From Polyangiaceae bacterium (lineage in GTDB: Bacteria > Myxococcota_A > Polyangia > Polyangiales > Polyangiaceae), in assembly GCA_046351395.1 (NCBI GenBank), contig JAXLYP010000017.1, positions 193,508-246,456 on the forward strand: a stretch of 52,949 nucleotides of DNA, given 5' to 3'. The notes beneath the pieces are model-generated. The model worked only from the letters and a program-made list of their open reading frames with translations, did not search any database and was not told the origin of the DNA. Both the position numbers and the translations under genes were made by a program. Of the stretch, positions 35,104 through 43,845 are shown piece by piece (within the stretch, counting starts at the first letter, position 1; every line of letters starts with the position of its first letter).

Positions 35104-35850
35104 TCAGAACGAGCCGTGCACGAGGATCCCGGTCGGACCCACCGACACTTCCGCGGTGACACCCGACGTCGCGGCGCGCGCGCCGCGCGTCTCGTCGGGG
35201 ACCTGCTTCGCCCCCACGGCGAGGAGGGGAATGCCGACACCGATCATGGCGATGCCACCGATGAGGAAGCCCGTCGCCACCCCCGATTGCACCTCTGCGT
35301 CCGCGTACCGGGCGTTGCACGCCGCGTCGACAGGGTCGATGCTGCAGGAGTTGGCGAGGGTGTCGTTGGCGAGCGAGAGTCCGATCGCGCTGGCGGTGAG
35401 GGTGACCGCGCCCGTGCCCAAGAGGACGCCGCCCGCGATCATCATCTCGGGGCTGTTCGTTCGCGTAGGACCGACGTATTTCGGAACAGGCGGTCCAACG
35501 GGGACCTGCACCGCTCCCGCGATGGTGAGCGGCAGCCCGACGAGGACGAGCGGACCACCGACGATGGTGCCGAGTGAACCCCAGAGGATGCCGCCCCAAC
35601 CGCCCTCGGCGAACGACACGCCGGCCGTGACGATCCCGACGGTGCCGAGCCCGAGCAGCACGCTGCCGCTGACCACCATCCCGGGGCTGTTCATCCGCGT
35701 CTCCGACTGCGGCGCGGGCGCGGGCGTGCCGGCGGGGGGAAGCGAGGTGATCGTCTCCTCCGCGCGCGTCGTGGACGGGATGGCGAGCGCGAGCGACGTT
35801 GCACAAGCAGCTGCCGCGAGAGGTCCGATGCCGGGCCCTGGTCTCTTCAT
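35104..35850 (-). CDS. secreted hypothetical protein with internal duplication, C-terminal Phe
   Basis: Signal peptide; duplicated MNSPGMVVSGSVLLGLG.../TNSPEMMIAGGVLLGTG... units. Confidence 0.5.
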   Translation of the reverse strand: MKRPGPGIGPLAAAACATSLALAIPSTTRAEETITSLPPAGTPAPAPQSETRMNSPGMVVSGSVLLGLGTVGIVTAGVSFAEGGWGGILWGSLGTIVGGPLVLVGLPLTIAGAVQVPVGPPVPKYVGPTRTNSPEMMIAGGVLLGTGAVTLTASAIGLSLANDTLANSCSIDPVDAACNARYADAEVQSGVATGFLIGGIAMIGVGIPLLAVGAKQVPDETRGARAATSGVTAEVSVGPTGILVHGSF

Positions 35851-36203
35851 GCGGCGAATCAGAACAGGAGCGGCGCCAACGCGAAAGGTGAATGGCGGCG
35901 GGAGCCCGTGGGAGCGAGCTGCCGCCCGAGATCGTTCAGGAAACCGCGCGTCGGTTCAGGGCGGCCGCGCCCAGCGCGATCCTTCAGGGCGTAGCTCGTC
36001 CGCCGCGAAGGTCTCCACAGGGTCGTCGCTCGAGGGCGTCACTCCACGGAGCAGACTCAGGCCACCGGTGTAGTCCAAGGACCACGCGCGCCATTGTCTG
36101 CATACCCAGTGTCGATCGCGTCATCACGCCCGGGTGTCCGCGCGGGACTCGCGGTGGCGAGCGCGTCGTCCGACTGGAGTATCACCGAGCGGGCCGGCTC
36201 TCT

Positions 36204-36223
36204 GACAGTATGGAAATCCATGG
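36204..36223. promoter_or_regulatory. AT-rich 20-bp motif copy 1 (GACAGTATGGAAATCCATGG)
   Basis: One of three near-identical copies in the 830-bp intergenic region upstream of the HK operon. Contains the inverted half-sites ATGGA-N2-TCCAT and CCATGG. Confidence 0.5.
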
Positions 36224-36333
36224 TAGTGCGTGGTGACGGCAGCGCGCTTCGAGCGCAGTCGGCGTGATAGGGAGAACCCTTGGTTCGGTGCGCGTGAAAC
36301 GAACCCGCGCCGATCGGGCGCGCTGGTCGCCGA

Positions 36334-36353
36334 GACAATATGGAAATCCATGG
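36334..36353. promoter_or_regulatory. AT-rich 20-bp motif copy 2 (GACAATATGGAAATCCATGG)
   Basis: 130 bp after copy 1. Confidence 0.5.
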
Positions 36354-36403
36354 GTTTGGTGAGCCGGATAGGCGGTTCTCGGGACGCGCTGGTTCTTTCC
36401 TCA

Positions 36404-36423
36404 GACAATATGGAAATCCCTGG
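36404..36423. promoter_or_regulatory. AT-rich 20-bp motif copy 3 (GACAATATGGAAATCCCTGG)
   Basis: 70 bp after copy 2. A partial fourth copy (GGAATCCCTCCATGG) lies at 36464-36477, after an A8 run at 36449-36456. Confidence 0.5.
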
Positions 36424-36679
36424 GCGGCGCGCACGAACGTGGCCGCCGAAAAAAAAGGCGCAGGAATCCCTCCATGGCGGGGACGAGGAATATCTCTCTC
36501 GCTCCACGACGGTCGCGCGCATTTCAGGTGTGTTGGTTTGATGGGTTGCAATGGACGCAATCGCTGCGGACGAATGCAGGTCTTGCGCGTCTCGCGTCTG
36601 CCGTGAAGTACCCCCCTTGGGATGGAGTCTAGCGCAGGAGGCCGTCGTCGTGGTGTGAAAGCTGCAGCCGCTGAGGGGC

Positions 36680-37753
36680 GTGACGACCTCCATTCCGCCA
36701 GCGTTCGACGAGGCGCTCGACCCTGCTCCGAGATGTGAGGACGCCGTCGCCATCCTGGACGCGCTCAGCGCTGCGGTGCTCGCGGCGCGCTCCGACGGCG
36801 TCATCACGTGGGCGAACCCATGGGCTGCGCGCGTCCTCCGGCGCTCACGGGCCTCGATCATCGGGCGAAACCTCGCGGATGTGCTGCCTCTCTCGTTCGC
36901 GGTCGGGGAGGACACGCCCTCGGAGCACCGCCGCGGTGAGCTCACTTATCAAGCGGACGACGGCTCCCGTTGTCAGCTCGGATTTTCGCTCGCTCGGCGG
37001 GCCGTCACGGCGCCGGACGAGGTCGCCATCATCGCGCTGTTCCAAGAGATCTCGAGCCTCATCGAGCTGCGACGCCAGCGCGATCGACTCCTCCAGATGG
37101 CGGCGCTCGGGGACGCCCTCCCAGCGGTGCTCCACGAGGTCCGCAACCCGCTCGCGGCGATCACCACGGCGCTGGAGGTTTTGACCGAAGACGAGGGGCC
37201 GCTGCAAGCGGATCTCCACGCGGTTCTGAACGAGGCGCGCCGCGCCACCCTGACGCTCGACGGGCTCGGGGGCCTCGCGCGCGAAACCCACAGTCGGAAG
37301 TGGGAAGCCATCGATCACGCGGTCGCGGAGGCCACCCGAGTGCTCGAACCCACCGCCGCGAGGCGGGGTATTTCCCTTCGAACGACGGGGCCGGCGCTCC
37401 CGCTCCTGCCGCTCGATCGCGCGGCGATCAGCGGCGTGGTGTTCAATCTCGTGCGCAATGCCATCGACGCGTGCGGCGAGGGTGATGTGGTCGCCGTCGA
37501 GGCCCGTTTGCCGTCGCCGAACGAGTTCCTGCTCGAGGTTCGCGACACGGGCCATGGCATGTCCGTTCCCATCGTGAAGCGCTGCACGGAGCTCTTCTTC
37601 ACGACGAAGGATACCGGGTCTGGGATTGGGCTCGCATTGTGCAAGCGGTTCGCGGAGTCGTCGGGAGGATCGCTGGAAGTGGAGAGCGAACTCGGGCGGG
37701 GGACGACGGTATCGGTTCGCGTCGCTCTCCGCACCGACGCACGAGGAGGGTGA
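36680..37753 (+). CDS. PAS-domain sensor histidine kinase
   Basis: HisKA H-box LHEVRNPLAAI; HATPase N/G boxes (NLVRNAIDA, DTGHGM, GSGIGLAL). Confidence 0.75.
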   Translation: MTTSIPPAFDEALDPAPRCEDAVAILDALSAAVLAARSDGVITWANPWAARVLRRSRASIIGRNLADVLPLSFAVGEDTPSEHRRGELTYQADDGSRCQLGFSLARRAVTAPDEVAIIALFQEISSLIELRRQRDRLLQMAALGDALPAVLHEVRNPLAAITTALEVLTEDEGPLQADLHAVLNEARRATLTLDGLGGLARETHSRKWEAIDHAVAEATRVLEPTAARRGISLRTTGPALPLLPLDRAAISGVVFNLVRNAIDACGEGDVVAVEARLPSPNEFLLEVRDTGHGMSVPIVKRCTELFFTTKDTGSGIGLALCKRFAESSGGSLEVESELGRGTTVSVRVALRTDARGG

Positions 37754-37754
37754 C

Positions 37755-38120
37755 ATGTCACGTGTCGACAACCTGAACAAGATTCTACGTGGGCTGCAGA
37801 GCGCTTCGCCGGACGTCGAGGCGAGCGCGCTCATCTCGGACGATGGGCTCATGATCGCGAGCGCCCTGCCACAGCACATCGACGAGACGCGCGTCGCCGG
37901 GATGAGCGCCACGCTCTCGAGCCTGGGTACGCGCGCGGCGGCCGAGCTCGAGCGCGGCAACGTCGAGGAGGTCCTCGTGCGGGGCTCGAACGGCTATGCC
38001 GTCATGCTCGCCGCGGGGTCCGGGACGCTCCTCTTGGTCCTTGCGAGCAAGCAGGCGAAGCTCGGCCTCATCTTCCTCGACATGCGTCGGGCGGTCGACG
38101 ACATCCGTCGCGTCCTCTAG
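37755..38120 (+). CDS. Roadblock/LC7 (MglB-like) domain protein
   Basis: GAGGAGGG immediately upstream of ATG; ...ASALISDDGLMIASALP...GYAVMLAAGSGTLLLVLAS... typical Roadblock fold. Confidence 0.7.
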   Translation: MSRVDNLNKILRGLQSASPDVEASALISDDGLMIASALPQHIDETRVAGMSATLSSLGTRAAAELERGNVEEVLVRGSNGYAVMLAAGSGTLLLVLASKQAKLGLIFLDMRRAVDDIRRVL

Positions 38121-38294
38121 ACCCGTTCGAGAAGCGAGCAGATCCCCGGGCCCGGGCGCGACAAAGCGTCATCGGGGTGACGCCCGAGCGTCATCGTTTT
38201 GACAGTCTTCGCGCGATCCACGCGTTAGAACGTACCCAACAGCCGATCGATAGGAGGGGGTCTTCGATGCCCAATACGATTTTGTTCGATCAAG

Positions 38295-39026
38295 GTGCCC
38301 ACAAGAACGTCCTGCTCGAGGACGTGTCCGCGGGCAGCCACGCCCGTACAAGCCAATCAGCACGTCATCGTCGACCACGCGTCGGGCATGATCCTCGACC
38401 CGGGCGGACACAAGGTCTACTCGAAGGTCCTCTCCGGCACGCTCGCCACCCTCGGCAAGGCGAAGCTCGAGATCCTGTTCCTGTCGCACCAAGATCCGGA
38501 CATCGTCGCCGCGACGAATGGCTGGCTGATGACCACGGACGCCGTGGGCTACGTCTCCGCGCTGTGGACTCGGTTCGTCCCGCATTTCGGGCTCGATCAC
38601 CTCGTCCAGTCCCGCCTCCTGCCGATCCCGGACGAGGGCATGCGGATGAAGCTGGGCCAGAGCGAGCTGCTCATCCTCCCCGCGCACTTCCTCCACTCGC
38701 CGGGAAACTTCCACGTCTACGACCCCGTCTCGAAGATCCTCTACAGCGGCGATCTCGGGGCATCCATTGGTGGGGATTACGTCGAGGTGACCGACTTCGA
38801 CGCGCACCTCCCACTCATGGCGGGGTTTCACCGGCGCTACATGGCTGGGGGGGCCGCGATGCGCGGCTGGGCGAAGATGGTCCGCCAGTTGCCGATCGAG
38901 ATCATCGCGCCGCAGCACGGGGCGCTGTTTCGCGGGAAGGAGATGGTCGATCGGTTCATTGGATGGTGCGAGGGCATGCAGTGCGGACTGGATGTGATGG
39001 GCGATGGTTACCGCATCCCCGCTTGA
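38295..39026 (+). CDS. MBL-like (FprA/ODP-type) metallo-hydrolase-fold protein; probable true start ATG 38267 with a +1 frameshift near 38335-38345
   Basis: ILFLSHQDPDIVAATNGWL and PQHGALF blocks. AGGAGGGGG plus ATG at 38267 encodes MPNTILFDQGAHKNVLLEDVSAGSHA in a neighbouring frame; dropping one C in gcccgta would join it to VQANQHVIVDHASGMILDPGG. Confidence 0.55.
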   Translation: MPTRTSCSRTCPRAATPVQANQHVIVDHASGMILDPGGHKVYSKVLSGTLATLGKAKLEILFLSHQDPDIVAATNGWLMTTDAVGYVSALWTRFVPHFGLDHLVQSRLLPIPDEGMRMKLGQSELLILPAHFLHSPGNFHVYDPVSKILYSGDLGASIGGDYVEVTDFDAHLPLMAGFHRRYMAGGAAMRGWAKMVRQLPIEIIAPQHGALFRGKEMVDRFIGWCEGMQCGLDVMGDGYRIPA

Positions 39027-40158
39027 GTCCCCGCGCCGCACCGTGCTCGTCGTGGAGGACGAGCCGATGCTGCGCGCCTCGATGGTCAAGGGGCTCGCGA
39101 AGCTCTCGTCGGTCGCGCTCGTCGACGCCGGCTCGCTGCGAGAGGCGCGGCGACTCGCCGAGCTGCACCGCCCCGTGCTGGTCGTGAGCGATCTCGACCT
39201 GCCCGACGGCTCGGGGATCGAAATGGCGTCGACGCTCGACGAGCTCGGTCTTCGCGTCCCGATCCTGTTCGTGTCGGCCTACGTGCGGGAGTACCAGGGG
39301 CGATTGCCGAAGCGGCCGGGGATCGAGGTCTACGAGAAGCCGCTGCCCCTCGAGCGCCTTCGGAGCGCGGTGGAGGCGCACCTCGGGATCGAAGCCGAGG
39401 CTTCGCCGTTCGGTGTGATCGACTTCGTCCAGCTCGCCGGCATGGGGCGGCGCTCGGTCGTCATCGAGGTGCGAGGCCGGATCGCGGGGAGCGGGCGAAT
39501 CGTCATCCGCGCGGGCGAGGTGTGGTCGGCGCGCGACGAGCGGGGCGAAGGAATGGAAGCGTTCAAGCGCCTCGCGTTCCTTCGGGACGCGGTCGTCACG
39601 TGCCGCTCGTTCGATCGTCGCGACTCGTCTCCTCGCATCATCCAAGGGGGCTGCGAGAGTGTCCTGCTCGAGGCGGCGCGCCAGTACGACGAAGCGGGCG
39701 GGGCGCCGCCGGAGCGCGACGAGCTCGGCGACCTCGACGAGGGCTGGGACTCCCGAGACGCGGGCCGCGGTGACAGCTGGGAAGGCTCCGCGCGGTCGCA
39801 CGACCCCGTCGTCTCGTCCACGCCGGTGCCGCCCGGCCGGCATCGGTCCGAGGTTCGCCCGGTCGTGCCGGAGCCCCGAGGGGAATGGCGCTCCGCGACC
39901 CTGACGCCCGCGGTCGACGAGCCGCCGCCGACTCAGCCCTCGACGCGACTTCGTGACGTCGATCCGCGCGAGCTCGCGACGGTCGCACGGCTCGCGGCGG
40001 GGTTCTCCGACGTGTACGAGCGGGGCGTCGACGCGCTGCTCGCGAAGGACTATCGCAAAGCGTACGCGGCGTTCCTCGAAGCGCGAGAGCTCTCGCCGGA
40101 GGACCGGCGGGTCGAAGCGAACCTCGTCCGCCTCCGAGAGATGGGGTTCGGAACGTGA
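39004..40158 (+). CDS. response regulator (receiver) with DUF4388 domain and Pro/Arg-rich C-terminal region
   Basis: RTVLVVEDEPMLR...LVVSDLDLPDGSG; DUF4388-like GVIDFVQLAGMGRRSVVIEVRG...GEGMEAFKRLAFL. Confidence 0.7.
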   Translation: MVTASPLESPRRTVLVVEDEPMLRASMVKGLAKLSSVALVDAGSLREARRLAELHRPVLVVSDLDLPDGSGIEMASTLDELGLRVPILFVSAYVREYQGRLPKRPGIEVYEKPLPLERLRSAVEAHLGIEAEASPFGVIDFVQLAGMGRRSVVIEVRGRIAGSGRIVIRAGEVWSARDERGEGMEAFKRLAFLRDAVVTCRSFDRRDSSPRIIQGGCESVLLEAARQYDEAGGAPPERDELGDLDEGWDSRDAGRGDSWEGSARSHDPVVSSTPVPPGRHRSEVRPVVPEPRGEWRSATLTPAVDEPPPTQPSTRLRDVDPRELATVARLAAGFSDVYERGVDALLAKDYRKAYAAFLEARELSPEDRRVEANLVRLREMGFGT

Positions 40159-40817
40159 GGCGCGCCGCGTTCGCCGTTCCCGGAGAGGAACTCGGAGTAT
40201 GGGCGCCCGCCACGCTCCTGTCGTGCGGCGCCCTGGGCGCGGTCGTCGTCGCGGTCCTCCTCGGATCCCCCGCCGTCCCCGCGGAGGCGAGCTCGATGTC
40301 GCGCGCGACGCCGGGCGCGGAGGGCGCCGCAGCGACGGTGTCCACGGACGCGATCCGCCCGCCGACCGCGCCGTCGATCGCGCCGCCGCCGCCTGCACCG
40401 AGCGCGATCGCTGCACCCCCGGGCCCCTCGGGGTCGGGCGGGGCGATCCCTCAATGTCCACCCGTGCGGGTGGGCTTCCAATCGAACGCGTTCGGCCCGA
40501 GCCCCGCGGCGATCACCGAGCTCGACCGGCTCGCGGCGTGGCTGCGCGAACATTCGGACACGACGCTCGTCGTGAGCGGGCACGCCGACGCGGTGGGCAC
40601 GGAGGACGGCAATTTGCGCCTCAGTCACATCCGCGCGGAGTCGATCGCGCGAGAGCTCTCGGCGCGAGGGGTGGCTCGGAGCCGCATGACGGTGCGGGGG
40701 TATGGAGCCTATCAGCCCCTCGAGGGCGTGCTCGAGGACGCCGCAGACAATCGAAGGGTCGTCATCTATGTCCGCGGGGATTGTCTCCGCGGCTTCGAGG
40801 AGGTCATAGGACCATGA
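40155..40817 (+). CDS. OmpA/MotB-like peptidoglycan-binding domain protein with Pro-rich linker
   Basis: GTGA overlap with the RR stop; TM/signal; OmpA-like block LVVSGHADAVGTEDGNLRLSHIRAESIARELSARGV...RGYGAYQP. Confidence 0.65.
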   Translation: MRRAAFAVPGEELGVWAPATLLSCGALGAVVVAVLLGSPAVPAEASSMSRATPGAEGAAATVSTDAIRPPTAPSIAPPPPAPSAIAAPPGPSGSGGAIPQCPPVRVGFQSNAFGPSPAAITELDRLAAWLREHSDTTLVVSGHADAVGTEDGNLRLSHIRAESIARELSARGVARSRMTVRGYGAYQPLEGVLEDAADNRRVVIYVRGDCLRGFEEVIGP

Positions 40818-41746
40818 TCGTGACACTCACCTTGGTCACCGTGGGCGCGGCGTCCGCGTTGCTGGGCTCGGGATACCTCTTCGGTGCGCGGCGGGGGCGA
40901 ACGGCGCGCGCTGCGCTCGCGGCGCACGCGGAGTCGCGCGAGGTCGCGCTGCGCGAGGCGGAGTCGAGGCTGTCGCTCGAGCGGCGGACGGCGGAGAGCG
41001 ACGCGGCGCGAAGACGGGAGCTCGAGTCGATCCTCGTCCCGCTCACGCGTCAAACCCAGACCTCGAACGAGGAGCTCGAGAAGGTGGAGGAGCTCAAGCG
41101 AGAGGTGCGGGCGATCGCCCGGTCCCTCGCGGAGCGCGACAGCCATCAAGACGAGCTCCGACGCGAAGTCCGGGGCGCGCTCGCGTCGTTCGCGAAGCAG
41201 CCCGGGGACGAGGCGAAGCTCGAGGGCCACGTGCGACGGCTCGTCGCGCCGCTCCTCCAGCGCGAGGAGCAGTCGGAGAAGCTGCGCGACGCGCTGCAGG
41301 AGGTGCTCCGACCCATGATCGAGCGGGAGCGCATGGGACGCGATCTCGCGCGCCTCCCGCCGTCCACGAGCGGGCTCGGCGGGCTCCCCAAGCTGCTCGA
41401 CGCGATCGCCGAGCGGGGCGGGTTCACCGCGGTGGTGCTGAGCGACGACGTGGGGCTCCCGCTCGCGGCGAGCGCGGGCGCCCTGGACGTCGAGACGCTG
41501 GCGGGCTCCTCGTCGCTGCTCCTCACGCTCGCGGACCGCGCCGCGCGCGATGGCGCACCCCCGCCCCAGGCGGTCGTCGTTCGCGACGCGTCGAACCAGA
41601 CACTCCTTCACCGCATCTTCCGCGTCGGGGACGAACGCTTCATGCTGACGGCGGTCGCCCGCGGCGTCGAGATCGCGACGGGCGCGCTGGATCCGGCGCT
41701 TGGAACGCTGGAGCGCGCGCTCGCGCGCAACAACATCGCGGCGTGA
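40814..41746 (+). CDS. membrane-anchored coiled-coil protein with C-terminal Roadblock/LC7-like domain
   Basis: ATGA overlap; N-terminal TM; long coiled coil; C-terminus GGFTAVVLSDDVGLPLAASAGALD...ERFMLTAVARG. Confidence 0.5.
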   Translation: MIVTLTLVTVGAASALLGSGYLFGARRGRTARAALAAHAESREVALREAESRLSLERRTAESDAARRRELESILVPLTRQTQTSNEELEKVEELKREVRAIARSLAERDSHQDELRREVRGALASFAKQPGDEAKLEGHVRRLVAPLLQREEQSEKLRDALQEVLRPMIERERMGRDLARLPPSTSGLGGLPKLLDAIAERGGFTAVVLSDDVGLPLAASAGALDVETLAGSSSLLLTLADRAARDGAPPPQAVVVRDASNQTLLHRIFRVGDERFMLTAVARGVEIATGALDPALGTLERALARNNIAA

Positions 41747-41797
41747 TCCGCGGAGGGGCGCGGGCCGGCCCCTTGGACGCGGGGCAAACACACCCCG

Positions 41798-42376
41798 CTA
41801 TTGGAACCGGAGCTCGCGGACGAACGCGTAGGTCTTGGGCGCGAGCCGCAGCTGAAAGCTCTGTCCGCCCTCGTTCGCGCGCGACTCGAGGTCTTTTTTG
41901 TAGCGCACGGTGACGACCACGTTCCCCTCGGCGTCGGTTCCTTCGATCGTGTGCGTCCAGGCGTCGGCGGGCCACGCTCGCTTGTCGGAGACGTACGCTT
42001 CGACGGCGATCGCGACGCGCGCGTCGTCGATGTCGTCGGGCCACGGCATGACGAGTTTGCTCTCGCCGGGCGCGATGGGGCCGACGTGATCGAGGACGGA
42101 TGCGTACTTGGGATCGCCCGGCGCGTACTTCCTTTGCGCGGGCGCGGGCCGGAAGAGATCGAGGACGATCGTCCCGTCCGGGAGCATCCTCGCTTGACCA
42201 ATCGCTTCCATGGGACCTCCGCTCGACGCTGGGGCCGATGGTAGCCGCCCTTCCGCGCTTGGCGCGACGGACGCACCCGCGGGCGCCGACGGGGATCCCG
42301 TGGGTGTCCGAGGATCGGCGGAGGAGCAGGCGAAGAACGTGAGGGCGAGGGCGAGGGCCGAACCCGGGAAACGCAT
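41798..42376 (-). CDS. small hypothetical lipoprotein
   Basis: MRFPGSALALALTFFAC lipobox; high GC3. Confidence 0.5.
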   Translation of the reverse strand: MRFPGSALALALTFFACSSADPRTPTGSPSAPAGASVAPSAEGRLPSAPASSGGPMEAIGQARMLPDGTIVLDLFRPAPAQRKYAPGDPKYASVLDHVGPIAPGESKLVMPWPDDIDDARVAIAVEAYVSDKRAWPADAWTHTIEGTDAEGNVVVTVRYKKDLESRANEGGQSFQLRLAPKTYAFVRELRFQ

Positions 42377-42384
42377 GCGCGGTT

Positions 42385-43050
42385 CTACGGGCTCGCGGCC
42401 GCCGCGGTCTGCCCGGCTCCGTCGTTTCCTGTGGGCTCGACGACCGGGCTCGCCCCGGTGTCGCGGGCGCGACCCACGAGCTCGTAGTCGTGCTCGAATT
42501 CGGCGCGGACGGCGCCGCGCTCGTCGACCAACCAGGTCGGGGCGACGTGGCGGGGCACTTTGATGCGCTCGGACGGCACGTGACTCCGGAACGCGACGTC
42601 CCAGAGCGGGCTCGTCACACCGTGGTTGAGGCGGGGCGTCTTGTGGTGGTGCAAGAGGTGATGCCGGCGCGCCCAACGCCCGTACGCCGTGGTCGGGGGC
42701 CGCGTGTGGATCCAGCGGTGGAGGACCTCGTACCCGCCATAGACGAGGGAGAAGCCGGCGGCGAACGAGAGGGCGCGACGCGGTCCCACGAGGGGCGTGA
42801 GGGCGCCGCCGAGGAGAGGGATAGCGACCGCGGCGGCGCGCACTTTGCGCGCGGTGGGCGCGAAATAGGTCGGGGTCGCGTGGTGGGCGAGGTGCTCGGC
42901 GTTGAACTCCGCCGCGAGCCCCGAGGGCGTGAGCTTCTCGAGGAGGTTCGGCTTGAGCGCGCGCTTCGGTCCGTGACCGACGAACCGATGAATCGCGTAT
43001 TCGCTCGCCGACCAGCCGAGCCCGCCGAGCGCCATCCAGAGTATCGACAT
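42385..43050 (-). CDS. fatty-acid-hydroxylase superfamily membrane protein, CrtZ (beta-carotene hydroxylase)-like His-box arrangement
   Basis: HRFVGH ... EHLAHH ... LHRWIH ... HHLLHHH. Confidence 0.55.
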   Translation of the reverse strand: MSILWMALGGLGWSASEYAIHRFVGHGPKRALKPNLLEKLTPSGLAAEFNAEHLAHHATPTYFAPTARKVRAAAVAIPLLGGALTPLVGPRRALSFAAGFSLVYGGYEVLHRWIHTRPPTTAYGRWARRHHLLHHHKTPRLNHGVTSPLWDVAFRSHVPSERIKVPRHVAPTWLVDERGAVRAEFEHDYELVGRARDTGASPVVEPTGNDGAGQTAAAASP

Positions 43051-43826
43051 CACACACGTCCCTTCTTCTTCTTGATCCCAGGCTTCGATGCGGCGGGCTC
43101 GGTCTCTCCGGGCCGCGCGGTGCGAGTCAGTTGGTGCGCGGCGGAGAGCCGCGCGGGGGTCGCCCCCCAGCTCGTGAGCAGCGCGCCGGACGCGAAGCGA
43201 CCAATGTCTGCGACGCTCGGCGCGCGGCGCGCGACGCGACGCGCTTTGTCCATGCAGTGAGCCCCGTGGAGCGCGGACCAGAACGCGTAGACGCGCGCGT
43301 TCGCGTCCCCGGGGGAGAGCGCCTCGGTCTCTTGAGCGAGCGCGAAGACGGACTCCATGCGCTCGAGGAAGGCCCCGAGGAGCGGAGCGGTCTTCGTCGC
43401 CTCTTCGTCGGAGAGGAGTTGTCGGGGGTCCCCGAGGAGGCGCGCGACGAGGCGCCACTCGTGCGGGTGCGTATCGGGGAGAGAGAGGTAGAGGTCGGCG
43501 AGCGTGAGGAGCGTCGCGAGGCTCGCCGTAGCGGGTGCGACCTTGCCGAGCGTCGCGGTGAGGGTCTCGAGCTCGGATTCGAAGTGCGCGCTGATCTCGC
43601 GCACGGCGCGCCGCTGCAGGGCGGCGATGAGCGCGTCCTTGGAAGGGAAGTAGCGGTAGATGGCCGTCGTCACGAGCCCGAGGGTCTGCGCCACGCGCTG
43701 GAGGGTCAGCCCGTCGAGATCGTCGGACTCGAGGATCTCCATCGCGCGGTCCAGGATCGCCTCCGTGCGGAGCTCCCGCCGGTCGCTCGCCCGCGTCGTG
43801 GCGTCGCCGTTGTGAATCATGTTCAC
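43050..43826 (-). CDS. TetR-family transcriptional regulator
   Basis: LTLQRVAQTLGLVTTAIYRYFPSKDALIAAL helix-turn-helix. Stop shares one nt with the start of the hydroxylase gene. Confidence 0.75.
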   Translation of the reverse strand: MNMIHNGDATTRASDRRELRTEAILDRAMEILESDDLDGLTLQRVAQTLGLVTTAIYRYFPSKDALIAALQRRAVREISAHFESELETLTATLGKVAPATASLATLLTLADLYLSLPDTHPHEWRLVARLLGDPRQLLSDEEATKTAPLLGAFLERMESVFALAQETEALSPGDANARVYAFWSALHGAHCMDKARRVARRAPSVADIGRFASGALLTSWGATPARLSAAHQLTRTARPGETEPAASKPGIKKKKGRV

Positions 43827-43845
43827 AATAGTGAACCACGTTCAC
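43813..43845. promoter_or_regulatory. two operator-like palindromes (GTGAATCATGTTCAC and GTGAACCACGTTCAC) at the TetR start / divergent promoter
   Basis: Inverted-repeat arms GTGAAC/GTTCAC seen directly; the first palindrome overlaps the TetR start codon. Confidence 0.5.

Noticed and set aside
36424-36460. GGCGGC...GCCGCC hairpin followed by an A8 run, as a possible intrinsic terminator
   Set aside because: On the plus strand the hairpin is followed by A rather than T. On the minus strand the T-run precedes the hairpin. Neither orientation gives a canonical rho-independent terminator, so I describe it only as part of the repeat-rich intergenic region.
36845-40461. ORFs 36845..37960(-) and 38956..40461(-), antisense to the HK, Roadblock and RR genes
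   Set aside because: Junk composition; the plus strand carries H-box, HATPase, receiver and Roadblock signatures with tight coupling.
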